From contig AWOE01000004.1 in the NCBI GenBank assembly GCA_000494145.1, positions 26,539-62,478 on the forward strand: a stretch of 35,940 bases of DNA, given 5' to 3'. The notes beneath the pieces were generated by a model, which saw only the letters and a list, made by a program, of their open reading frames with translations, did not search any database and was not told where the DNA came from. Below are positions 25,739 to 34,300 of this stretch, one piece after another; position 1 is the first letter of the stretch; every line of letters begins with the position of its first letter. Source of the DNA: Candidatus Calditenuaceae archaeon JGI OTU-1. GTDB lineage: Archaea; Thermoproteota; Nitrososphaeria_A; Caldarchaeales; Calditenuaceae. The translations under genes were made by a program, and so were the position numbers.

Positions 25739-26860
25739 ATGAAGCTCTACGAGCACGAAGCCGTCGAGCTCTTCAGGAGATACGGAATCGACGTGCCGAG
25801 GTCCTTCGTCGCTTCCACGCCTGAGGAGGTCAGGAGGGCCGTTGAGGAGCTCGGTGGCCGTGCGGTCCTGAAGGCGCAGGTCCTGGTCGGAGGCAGGGGC
25901 AAGGCAGGAGGGATAAGACCGGTGAGTTCGCCGGAGGAGGCGGAGGTGGTCGCGAAGGCGATGCTGGGTTCGACCCTGAAGGGCGAGGTGATCAGGAAGC
26001 TGCTCGTCGCCGAGCTGGTCAACGTCAGGAGGGAGCTTTACGTCTCCCTCACGAACGACAGGACCAACAGGGGCCACACGATTCTCGCTTCGCCGATGGG
26101 CGGGGTCGACATAGAGGAGATCGCGTCAAAGCACCCTGAGAGCATACTCAGGATCCCGATAGACCCGCTAGTGGGCCTTAGAAGCTACCACGTCAGGAAG
26201 GTCGTGAGGTTTTTGGGGCTTGAGGGCGATGCTTCCTCCGCCTGCGAGCGGATCCTGACGGGGCTCTACGCGCTTTACACGGACTACGGATGCGAGATCG
26301 CGGAGATCAACCCTCTCGTGGTCGACGACGGTAACAGGCTGTTGGCGCTGGACGCTAAGGTCATCATCGACGACAACTTCGCCCGAGTTAGGGGCCTCGT
26401 TTTCGAGAGGGAAAAGGGCCTCGAGGAGATGGCGAGGGACCTCGGCTTCAGCTACGTCGAGCTCGACGGCGAGATCGGCGTGATCTGCAACGGTGCCGGC
26501 CTCACGATGGCCACGATGGACCTCGTCAAGCACTACGGCGGCAGGCCTGCCAACTTCCTCGACATAGGTGGGGGAGCCAACGCGGAGCGTGTTGAGAAGG
26601 CGGTCCGCCTCCTGCTCCAGAAGGAGGGGGTAAAGGTCGTCTTCGTGAACGTGCTCGGAGGCATAACGAGGTGCGATGAGGTGGCTCTCGGTCTGGTGAG
26701 GGCCATGAGGGACGTGGGTAGGGGCGTGAGGCTCGTGGTGAGGCTCGTCGGCACCCGTGAGGAGGAGGGGCAGAGGATCCTCAGGGAGAACGGTTACGAG
26801 TTCTTCAGGTCGATGGAGGAGGCAGCGCGCAGGGCGGTCGAGCTCGCCTCACTCTCCTGA
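25739..26860 (+). CDS. sucC: Succinyl-CoA synthetase beta-subunit-like protein (ATP-grasp + CoA-ligase domains)
   Basis: MKLYEHEAVELFRRYGI..., KAQVLVGGRGKAGGI, ICNGAGLTMATMD, PANFLDIGGGA, VNVLGGITRCDEVA. A GTTTATGA TATA-like element (25704..25711) lies about 31 nt upstream of the ATG. Confidence 0.85.
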   Translation: MKLYEHEAVELFRRYGIDVPRSFVASTPEEVRRAVEELGGRAVLKAQVLVGGRGKAGGIRPVSSPEEAEVVAKAMLGSTLKGEVIRKLLVAELVNVRRELYVSLTNDRTNRGHTILASPMGGVDIEEIASKHPESILRIPIDPLVGLRSYHVRKVVRFLGLEGDASSACERILTGLYALYTDYGCEIAEINPLVVDDGNRLLALDAKVIIDDNFARVRGLVFEREKGLEEMARDLGFSYVELDGEIGVICNGAGLTMATMDLVKHYGGRPANFLDIGGGANAERVEKAVRLLLQKEGVKVVFVNVLGGITRCDEVALGLVRAMRDVGRGVRLVVRLVGTREEEGQRILRENGYEFFRSMEEAARRAVELASLS

Positions 26861-27112
26861 TGCCCTGGCCTCCGTCACCGCGCTCCTGATCGATCTCCTG
26901 AAGACCGTCAGGCCGGTCAGAGTGACCGGAATCGAGACGACCGAGAGGATCAGCGAGAGCGGGACGTTCAAAGTGAAGCCGTCGCCGATCATGAAGAGCC
27001 TGTAGACCGCCTCGGCTCCGGACGTCATGGAGACCCATCCTATGACGAAAGGCAGCAGGCTGCAGGATACTCCGAGGATCGAGACGGTTAGCCCGACCAG
27101 CACCTTGTTCAT
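26849..27112 (-). CDS. Small hydrophobic membrane protein (2-3 TM)
   Basis: 87-aa ORF with an ATG start, clearly hydrophobic segments, and an AT-richer element about 28 nt upstream. Its 3' end overlaps the convergent sucC-like gene by 12 nt. No family recognised. Confidence 0.45.
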   Translation of the reverse strand: MNKVLVGLTVSILGVSCSLLPFVIGWVSMTSGAEAVYRLFMIGDGFTLNVPLSLILSVVSIPVTLTGLTVFRRSIRSAVTEARASGE

Positions 27113-27210
27113 GCCGATCTGTGGTTGCAGGCCGGAGATTAGGTTTGGCGGGCTTTAGGCATGAGCTCAGCCCTTTGACATGCCAGCGTATTACGCAGAG
27201 ATCGTCAACG

Positions 27211-29244
27211 TCATCCCTCCTCGGAGACCGCAGGGCGCTGGGGCTTTGCCTCTACAGGGCGAATTACCGTGAAGACGTCTTCGAGGACCCTCTCGATCTC
27301 GCGACCCATCGAGAACTTCATCCCGAAGAGCCGGAGGACAGGGCCGAGCTCCTTCAGCTCCTGATCCGTGAGGTGCCTCTCCTCAACCAGAAGCCGCCGG
27401 AAGTACTTGTGCTCGAAGAGCTTCATGACCCTTCTCAGCAGGTCTGGCGGCAGATGCCTTGAGAGCGTCTCAGGATCGAGGTGCTCGCACGACGAGAGCC
27501 TGGAGAAGGTCGCGGAGTCAAGTTCGCCGTCGAGGTGAAGGCCCCTGAGATACTGGAGGACGTCTCTCCGCGGCGGAAGATATCCTATGTGGGACCTCGG
27601 GACCAGACCCCTGACGTATATCCTGCCGCCGACTATGCCGGTGCCCACGAACCTTCCGGTCACGGGCACATCGGTCCCCTCGTAGCCCAATCCTAGCACG
27701 ACGATCACGCCGCCCGCCATGTACTCGCCGAGGTAGTCGTCGACCCGGCCTCCCACAATCAGGTACGGCCTCTTCTCAGAGTATTCCCTCATCTGGATCC
27801 CGCATCTGTTCCCCGCGTTGCCCCTGACGAGCACCGTTCCGCCCTGAAGGGCCTGACCGAGTACGTCCCTCGCGTCGCCGTGGACCACCACGCTACCTCC
27901 GTGCATCACGTCGCCCACGTCGTCCTGCACCGACCCGAAGACCTCGAAGTCGATCGACTCGTTCAGGTTGGCGAGGCAGTTGCCCGGCGTGCCGTAGATC
28001 CTGACGTAGAGCGTCCCCTCCACTCCGACCCCGATGTACCTCTGACCCCTCACGTTGAGCAGGCTCACCTCCCTTATTCCTTTCCGGACGCACTCCCGCA
28101 GGATCCCGTTGATCTGCTGGTATCCGAGCTCCGACGCGTCAACCACCCTCCCCACCGGTTCCGGTCGGGCGATCGAGCCCTGCGGCCCCACGAAAAGGTC
28201 AACCCTTCTCCTCCCCGGTATCAGGATGCCCCTGCTGCTCGATGCGAGCATGAAGCTCCCCGGCTCCAGCGTCCAGACCCTCGCGTTCGGCGACACGGCC
28301 CTGATCTGGGCCTCCTCGCTGGCTGCGTAGACGTAGTTCTCGTCCTCCCCGACCACGACCGGTCTGAACTTGAACCTGTCCGCGAGGACCGCCATGTAAA
28401 CGTCCCTGCCGTCCGAGTGTCCGGCGACGACCGTGAAGGGCCCGTCGAGCCTCGCTCCCCTGAACCTGACGGTCATCCCTTGGAAGGACCCGTCATCTCC
28501 CTCGTCCTCGAACGGGTTAACGAGGACCCTGCAGGCCTCTTCGACCGGTAGCCCTTCTGATGATGTGAGGTGGTCGAGGAGGAAGGCTATGACCTCGCTG
28601 TCGGTACCTACGAAGCTCCGGAAGCCGGCCGATTCGAGGAAGGACATGTTGGCGCCGAAGGAGCTGACGTCGCCGTTGTGGACCACGACCCACTCGCCGG
28701 AGGAGAACGGATGGGACCATATCGGGAGCCTGCCCGGGGAGTTGGTAGGCTGCCTCGTGTGGGAGACCCAGAGGTCGGCGCCCTTCAGCCTCCGCTCCAT
28801 CTCGTACGCCCTGTAGACGTCAGAAGGGTACCCGACGCCCTTGAAGACGTCGACGTGCCTTCCCCACGAGTAGATGTGGGCCCTGAAGCTCGGCCTCGAG
28901 AACTCGCGGTTGAGGTCTTGAACGGTCCGCCTCACGAGGTGCTCGTCCGGATCATCGGGCAGCGTGTAGACGTAGGATCGAAGCGAGGTCCCGCTGTCGA
29001 CGTTCTCCGCGCCCAACGGCTCGAGCTCGCCGAGACGTTCTGACAGCTCCCTCCTCAGCTCCCTCTCCGCCTCGGGAGATACTGCGAACGCCTTGATCCT
29101 CCTGATCCGCGCGTCGAGGTTCACGAGCCCGAACCCTGCACCGAACCTGCTTCCCCTGTACCTGACGCACTCGATGGCTGTGAAGGCTACCCTCGGGCTG
29201 ATGGGCGGAGCTCCTCTCTTCCTCAGGACGCCGAAGACGCCGCA
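27211..29244 (-). CDS. Fusion of a class-II (Ntn) glutamine amidotransferase domain and a GXGXG (GltB C-terminal/FwdC-like) domain; 5' end unresolved
   Basis: GATase motifs HTRQPTNSPG, HNGDV and GTDSEV. GXGXG beta-helix repeats follow (GTPGNCLANL..., HGGSVVVHGDARDVLGQALQGGTVLVRGNAGNRCG, AGGVIVVLG). The track starts at GTG 29124. My hand translation shows the frame stays open to 29301 and encodes the catalytic SACGVFGVL...RYRGSRFGAGFG segment (Cys codon 29244..29242). The end coordinate is the minimum extent needed to include that Cys. Confidence 0.8.
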   Translation of the reverse strand, partial: CGVFGVLRKRGAPPISPRVAFTAIECVRYRGSRFGAGFGLVNLDARIRRIKAFAVSPEAERELRRELSERLGELEPLGAENVDSGTSLRSYVYTLPDDPDEHLVRRTVQDLNREFSRPSFRAHIYSWGRHVDVFKGVGYPSDVYRAYEMERRLKGADLWVSHTRQPTNSPGRLPIWSHPFSSGEWVVVHNGDVSSFGANMSFLESAGFRSFVGTDSEVIAFLLDHLTSSEGLPVEEACRVLVNPFEDEGDDGSFQGMTVRFRGARLDGPFTVVAGHSDGRDVYMAVLADRFKFRPVVVGEDENYVYAASEEAQIRAVSPNARVWTLEPGSFMLASSSRGILIPGRRRVDLFVGPQGSIARPEPVGRVVDASELGYQQINGILRECVRKGIREVSLLNVRGQRYIGVGVEGTLYVRIYGTPGNCLANLNESIDFEVFGSVQDDVGDVMHGGSVVVHGDARDVLGQALQGGTVLVRGNAGNRCGIQMREYSEKRPYLIVGGRVDDYLGEYMAGGVIVVLGLGYEGTDVPVTGRFVGTGIVGGRIYVRGLVPRSHIGYLPPRRDVLQYLRGLHLDGELDSATFSRLSSCEHLDPETLSRHLPPDLLRRVMKLFEHKYFRRLLVEERHLTDQELKELGPVLRLFGMKFSMGREIERVLEDVFTVIRPVEAKPQRPAVSEEG

Positions 29245-29281
29245 GGCGGATACGTGCCTGCTCAGCTCGCAGGAGAAGGGC

Positions 29282-30322
29282 TCACCAACTTCCAGCCGCC
29301 TTCACCCCCAAGACGCTCAACGTCCGGTCGTCCAGCTCGACGGCCCTGAAGAGCTCCCTGTTGCCGCAGACGGTGGAGTGGAGGGAGCTCGCGCCGGCAG
29401 CGCCCGCCAAGAGCTTCAGCTCCTTCTGCATGCCCAGCAACAGGTGCTCGAGCCTCTCCGCGACGACCCTCGGGTTACTCTCCCTTTGGAGGTCGATGCC
29501 GAGTCTCCAGCAGTCCTTCAGCAAAACCACCTCGGCCCCGAGCCCGAGGAGCTTGAAGACGTCACCTGATCCCCTGAGCCTGAGGGAGGTTGCGATGAGG
29601 TTGACGGTGTAGCGCAGCGCCTTCGTTCCGGTGCCGGAGCTCCTCAGCGCCTTGTCGCAGAGCGAGACCGCGACCTCCAGCTCAACCTCGCGATCAGCTT
29701 CGAGGTCCTCGTCGATGACGATCGCTTTGAAGCCAGAAGATGCCAGAGCGGTGTAGAGCTCCACCTCGTCGGTAGCAGGCACACGTGCCACGGGCCTCCT
29801 CCCCGAAGAGACCACGCGCCTGACCAGTGCAGGGTCCACGTCGTCCCTCCCGGTGATGATGACCTGGACGTTCCTCGCCGCAGTCGACCCGACGCCATCA
29901 GCTCCTGAGATCACGTAGTCCTCCCTTCCCGCTACGGAGGAAGGTTCAGCCCCGAGCCCGGAGAGGTCTGCGATCACGCCCATCCTGTAACACGTCCTGA
30001 CGACCGTTTCGACCAGCTCCATCGGCAGGTCGTTCAGCGACGATATGCCCATCGGCATCGAGAGCCTGACGTCGCCGTCGAAGAGGTAGATCGAGGTCTC
30101 CACCGGCTCCCTGTAGGGATCGATGCTGGGCCTCGTGACCTGAGCTCCGTCCGATACGATGTGGTCGAGCACCGACTGCGGGTCCTCGACGAAGGGCGGT
30201 GCAGTAGATCCCATGCTGACGATCGGCGGCTCGCCCGGCACCCTCCCCTCGGCCCCGGCCATCTGCCTCAGGTAAGAGAGCGCCCTTCCCTCGATGCTCA
30301 CCGACTTACTGTAGAGCCTCAA
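29282..30322 (-). CDS. Degenerate paralogue of the glutamate-synthase FMN-barrel domain (catalytic motifs lost)
   Basis: Co-linear with the neighbouring FMN subunit: [12 protein letters not shown] vs [14 protein letters not shown]; [23 protein letters not shown] vs [33 protein letters not shown]; GLGAEVVLL vs ALGADCVSI. It lacks QGAKPG and GGTGA-type motifs. The start is uncertain (TTG 30322, GTG 30301 or ATG 30262). Confidence 0.7.
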   Translation of the reverse strand: MRLYSKSVSIEGRALSYLRQMAGAEGRVPGEPPIVSMGSTAPPFVEDPQSVLDHIVSDGAQVTRPSIDPYREPVETSIYLFDGDVRLSMPMGISSLNDLPMELVETVVRTCYRMGVIADLSGLGAEPSSVAGREDYVISGADGVGSTAARNVQVIITGRDDVDPALVRRVVSSGRRPVARVPATDEVELYTALASSGFKAIVIDEDLEADREVELEVAVSLCDKALRSSGTGTKALRYTVNLIATSLRLRGSGDVFKLLGLGAEVVLLKDCWRLGIDLQRESNPRVVAERLEHLLLGMQKELKLLAGAAGASSLHSTVCGNRELFRAVELDDRTLSVLGVKAAGSW

Positions 30323-31610
30323 CCACCAGAACCCTCCTGGTCGGCTCCTCCAGCCCCAAGCCCACGAGGAGGTCCCTCCGGCCGACGAGCTCCGTGACCT
30401 TGCTCAGCCCCAGCCTCTCGAGGATCAGCTTCAGCTCGCCGGTCCATCCCCTGATCAGGTTCTCCACGCACCTCTGGGCGAACTCCAGCGAGAGCAACTT
30501 CTTCGGGTTCTCCTCGATCCGGTTCGTGATCACCGCAGGGCAGAAGCCGAGATGGCACTTGTGGACCATGACGCATCCCATGGCTATCAGCGCAGCGGTG
30601 CCGATGGAGACGCAGTCCGCACCGAGGGCCATCAGCTTCGCCATGTCCTCCGCGCTGCTCACCCTGCCGGCCGCTATCACCGTGAAGCCGTTCCTCATTC
30701 CCTCCCTGCGGAGCATCGCGTCTGCTGTGGCCACAGCCAGCTCGATCGGGAGACCTACGTTGTCCCTCACGACCGAAGGCGCCGCACCGGTCCCCGCACC
30801 CTGGCCGTCTATGATGATGCCGTCGGCACCCATCCTCGCCACACCGGCTGCGACGTAGGCGACGTAGTTCGTGGCAGCGACCTTCACGAAGACCGGCTTC
30901 CCGGTCGCCTCCTTCAGCGCCCAGATCCTCTGCTCCAGGTCCTCGATCGAGTAGATGTCGTGGTGGGGTGCTGGAGATATCGCGTCGGTCCCCACGGGGA
31001 TCCTCCTTGTCCGAGAGATGGTCTCGACGACCTTGGTTCCAGGTAGGTGGCCTCCGATCCCGGGCTTCGCTCCCTGACCTATCTTGATCACCACCGCCTC
31101 CCCGAGGCGCAGCAGGTGGAGGTTCAGCCCGAACCGGGCCGAGGCCCACTGTATCACGATCCTCTTGCACTTCGCCACCTCGGGATGGACGCCTCCCTCG
31201 CCGACCCCGCAGAGGACGCCCGTCGAGTCGGCGGCCCTCGCAAGGGCCACGTTGGGGACCCCGCTCAGCGCACCGAACGACATGTCGCCCAAGTACAGGG
31301 GCACTGCCATCCGGATCCTTCCGTGTGCGATCTCGCTCTCCACTTCGATCCCGTCCGACTCCTCCAACCCCTCTGCCGACGGGACGGGGTCCTCGAGCTC
31401 CCTTCTGAAGACCAGCCTGTCGAGTATCCTTTTCGAACCCGATTTACAGGGGTCCCAGACGAAGGCGGGCCTTCCGGTTGCGGCCAGCTTCCTGATGTGC
31501 TCAATCCTGTTGACGGTCCAGAACTCCGGTGAGGACTGCCTGGGTATGTTCAGATATCTGTCTACAATTATAGCCTCTTTTCCTCCCATTCGTTCGGGGA
31601 ACTGCTCCAT
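30306..31610 (-). CDS. gltB: Glutamate synthase FMN-binding domain subunit (GltB domain 2-like, archaeal type)
   Basis: [44 protein letters not shown] and the 3Fe-4S-type motif [16 protein letters not shown] 31610 (track GTG 31613) is preceded by GGGGGTGAG about 10 nt upstream. Confidence 0.9.
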   Translation of the reverse strand: MEQFPERMGGKEAIIVDRYLNIPRQSSPEFWTVNRIEHIRKLAATGRPAFVWDPCKSGSKRILDRLVFRRELEDPVPSAEGLEESDGIEVESEIAHGRIRMAVPLYLGDMSFGALSGVPNVALARAADSTGVLCGVGEGGVHPEVAKCKRIVIQWASARFGLNLHLLRLGEAVVIKIGQGAKPGIGGHLPGTKVVETISRTRRIPVGTDAISPAPHHDIYSIEDLEQRIWALKEATGKPVFVKVAATNYVAYVAAGVARMGADGIIIDGQGAGTGAAPSVVRDNVGLPIELAVATADAMLRREGMRNGFTVIAAGRVSSAEDMAKLMALGADCVSIGTAALIAMGCVMVHKCHLGFCPAVITNRIEENPKKLLSLEFAQRCVENLIRGWTGELKLILERLGLSKVTELVGRRDLLVGLGLEEPTRRVLVVEALQ

Positions 31611-31992
31611 CACTATGCCAACTCACCCCCACTCTTCCCGACGTTTTGAGGTGCGCACGAGATGAGTTTCATTCTTGCCGTCGCCAACAAAAAGCTCATC
31701 TCATTAACCTTTCCACTGACGTGCTCGGTAATTCGCAGAATTCAATCGTTCAGCAGTTCGGTCGATATTTGACCGTAATGTCATCGTTCCTCCGTAAGCG
31801 TGATCGATGATGGACGGTTCAGCGGTCTGGATGAAAAGGCAATATCGGTTATTGATGGTCAGGTGAACATACTGCCGCAGAGCGCCGAAACCCGCAATCC
31901 GGGTGCGGAGAACGGAACGGTGGCCACGGTTCTGACGGAGAAGTTGTGCCGGAGCGGGACGGGGAGCTGATCCGGAGGTGCGGAGACCTCCC

Positions 31993-33045
31993 ATGACGTC
32001 ACGCCCAACAAGTATTTACAAAACGGACGTCGCGGGTGGTGGCGGGTTGGCGGAGAGAAAGCTGAGGTTCGCGATACCGAAGGGGTCGCTGGAGCAGGAG
32101 ACGCTCAGGTTGCTCCAGGCGGCCTTCTACGAGGTCAAGGGCGCCGACAGGTCGTACAGGCCATCGATCAGCGACAGCGAGATATCCCTGAAGATCCTCA
32201 GGCCTCAGGAGATACCGGTCTACGTCCAGGACGGCTTCCACGACATAGGCATCACGGGGTCCGATTGGGTGATCGAGACGGGTGCGGACGTGGAGGTGCT
32301 CTGCGACCTCGAGTACGGCAGGGTCAGACTGGTCTTCGCGGCACCGGCATCCGACGACTCATCGAGCGTCAGCGAGTTCCTCGAGAAGAGGTTCTCCAGG
32401 GGCCTGCCCGTCAGGATATCCACCGAGTACCTGAACATCACGGCGAGCACCATAGCCCAGAACCCCGTCTACAGGAGGTATTTCGGCAGCGCGAGGCCGA
32501 TGGTCATCACGCCCTGGTACCGGGTCGGCGAGAACGAGAAGGTCGGGATCTACCTCTCCTTTGGGGCCACGGAGGCGAAGCCGCCGGAGGAGGCGGACGC
32601 GATCGTCGACAACACCGAGACGGGGAGGACGTTGGAGCAGAACAACCTGAGGATAGTCGAGCAGATCATGGAGAGCAGCGCCACGCTGATCGCCAACAAG
32701 GAGGCCTTCAGGGACCCGTGGAAGAAGGAGAAGATACTGGACGTTTTATCGATGTTCACGGGCGTCATCGAGTCGAGGAGGAGGATCCACGTCTTCCTCA
32801 ACGTGAGGGAGGAGAACCTCCAGGAGCTCCTGTCCGTCCTCCCCGGCCTCAAGTCACCCACCGTGAGCAGGCTATCGATTCCCGGATGGTACGCGGTCAA
32901 CACGGTCATCGAGCGGGGCGAGTTCTTCAGGGTCCTCCCGAAGCTCAGGCGGATAGCGCAGGGACTCGTCATCCACGAGCCCCAGCTGATCCTCTCGATC
33001 GAGGAGGTGATGAGGCGCGTTGAAGCCGATGAGGGTAAGCGGTAG
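31993..33045 (+). CDS. hisG: ATP phosphoribosyltransferase, long form with C-terminal regulatory domain
   Basis: LRFAIPKGSLEQETLRLL, DIGITGSDWV, IVDNTETGRTL and the C-terminal HisG_C-like PTVSRLSIPGWYAVNTVI. The start is ATG 31993 (track GTG 31978). TTG 32047, after GGTGG, is an alternative. Confidence 0.88.
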   Translation: MTSRPTSIYKTDVAGGGGLAERKLRFAIPKGSLEQETLRLLQAAFYEVKGADRSYRPSISDSEISLKILRPQEIPVYVQDGFHDIGITGSDWVIETGADVEVLCDLEYGRVRLVFAAPASDDSSSVSEFLEKRFSRGLPVRISTEYLNITASTIAQNPVYRRYFGSARPMVITPWYRVGENEKVGIYLSFGATEAKPPEEADAIVDNTETGRTLEQNNLRIVEQIMESSATLIANKEAFRDPWKKEKILDVLSMFTGVIESRRRIHVFLNVREENLQELLSVLPGLKSPTVSRLSIPGWYAVNTVIERGEFFRVLPKLRRIAQGLVIHEPQLILSIEEVMRRVEADEGKR

Positions 33046-34300
33046 GGAGGTTGAGTCGCTGGCGAGGGAGGTGAGGGCAGCGGCCCAAAGGGACCAGAGG
33101 CTCTCCGAGGTCGTCCGCAGGATCATCGCCGAGGTCAGGGCGAGGGGCGACAGGGCTCTGGTGGAGATGGCGAGGGAGTTCGACGGCGTCGAGATGGACG
33201 AAGACGGCCTGATCTCCGGCAGGCGCGAGATGGAGGAGGCGGCTGGAAAGGTCGACGCAATGCTTCTCAGGTCGTTGAGGAGGCTCTCGGCGAGGATCAG
33301 GCGCCTCGAGGCCAAGAGACTTAGGGGTCTCGCCTTCAGGCTCAGGTATCCCGAGGGGACGGTGATCGAGTCGGTCTGGAGGCCCATCGGCTCCGTCGGC
33401 TGCTACGCTCCCGGAGGAAGGGCCCCTTACGTCAGCACCGTCCTGATGCTGGGGGTTCCGGCCGCCGTCGCCGGCGTCGGGAGGAAGGTCCTCGCAACGC
33501 CACCTCCGAAGGGCGAGGAAGCACGGGAGGCGGTGCTCGCGGCCGCATGGGTGGCGGGGTTCGACGAGGTCCTCTGGTCGGGAGGGGCACAGGCGATAGC
33601 TGCGCTCGCCTACGGGACCGAGCGCGTCAGACCCGTCGAGAAGGTCTTGGGACCGGGGAACAGATACGTGGCAGAGGCGAAGAGGCAGGTGCAGGCCGAC
33701 GTGGCGGTCGACATGGTGGCGGGCCCTACGGAGCTCGTCGTGCTCTTCGACGGGCGGTCTGAGATCTCGCTCGTGGTCGAGGACATGATGGCCCAGGCCG
33801 AGCACGGGCCGGGGACGATCGTGATGGCGGTGACGGCGGAGGAGAGGGCGGCCGAGGAGCTCGTATCGACCCTCTCGTCGGCGCTGAGGTCGCTTCCCGA
33901 GGGTAGTGCGGTCCGGCAGAACCTCTCGAGGGACTGGACGGTCGTGCTGGTCGACGACTGGGACGAAGCCGTCAGGCTGGTGGACGCCGTCGCACCGGAG
34001 CACCTCTCCATCGCCTCCAACGACCTCAAGCACCTAGCCAAAAGGGTCAGAAACGCCGGAGCGATCACGGTCGGTAAAGGCGTGCCGAGCGTGCTGCTCG
34101 ACTACTTCGCAGGCGCCTCCCACGTGCTGCCGACAGGAGGGTGGGCTAGGACGAGGGGAGGGCTAACGGTGCTCGACTACGTCAAGCTCGTCCACGTCGT
34201 CAGGGCCGGGCCGACGGTCAGGTCGAGGGTCTCGAGGGAGGTCGGCGTCCTCGCAGAGGTGGAGGGGCTTACGCACCACAGGAGGGCCCTGGGGCCTTGA
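33020..34300 (+). CDS. hisD: Histidinol dehydrogenase
   Basis: GDRALVEMAREFDGV, AGPTELVVL, QAEHGP and the APEHL motif. TTG 33020 lies 9 nt after GGAGGTGA and overlaps the hisG end. Confidence 0.93.
   Translation: MKPMRVSGREVESLAREVRAAAQRDQRLSEVVRRIIAEVRARGDRALVEMAREFDGVEMDEDGLISGRREMEEAAGKVDAMLLRSLRRLSARIRRLEAKRLRGLAFRLRYPEGTVIESVWRPIGSVGCYAPGGRAPYVSTVLMLGVPAAVAGVGRKVLATPPPKGEEAREAVLAAAWVAGFDEVLWSGGAQAIAALAYGTERVRPVEKVLGPGNRYVAEAKRQVQADVAVDMVAGPTELVVLFDGRSEISLVVEDMMAQAEHGPGTIVMAVTAEERAAEELVSTLSSALRSLPEGSAVRQNLSRDWTVVLVDDWDEAVRLVDAVAPEHLSIASNDLKHLAKRVRNAGAITVGKGVPSVLLDYFAGASHVLPTGGWARTRGGLTVLDYVKLVHVVRAGPTVRSRVSREVGVLAEVEGLTHHRRALGP

Noticed and set aside
31710-31718. TTTCCACTG, resembling half of an archaeal origin-recognition-box core (TTTCCACTGGAA-like), raising the idea of a replication origin in the AT-richer spacer.
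   Set aside because: It is a single partial copy with no inverted partner, no repeated ORB set and no orc1/cdc6 gene nearby. A 9-nt match is not significant on its own.
31704-31994. 96-aa minus-strand ORF in the gltB/hisG spacer.
   Set aside because: Its N-terminal half is R/G/A-rich shadow sequence overlapping the hisG 5' region. No family motif is present. Only the last ~26 codons have an SD-like element, and those are reported as a mini-ORF inside the spacer finding rather than as a gene.
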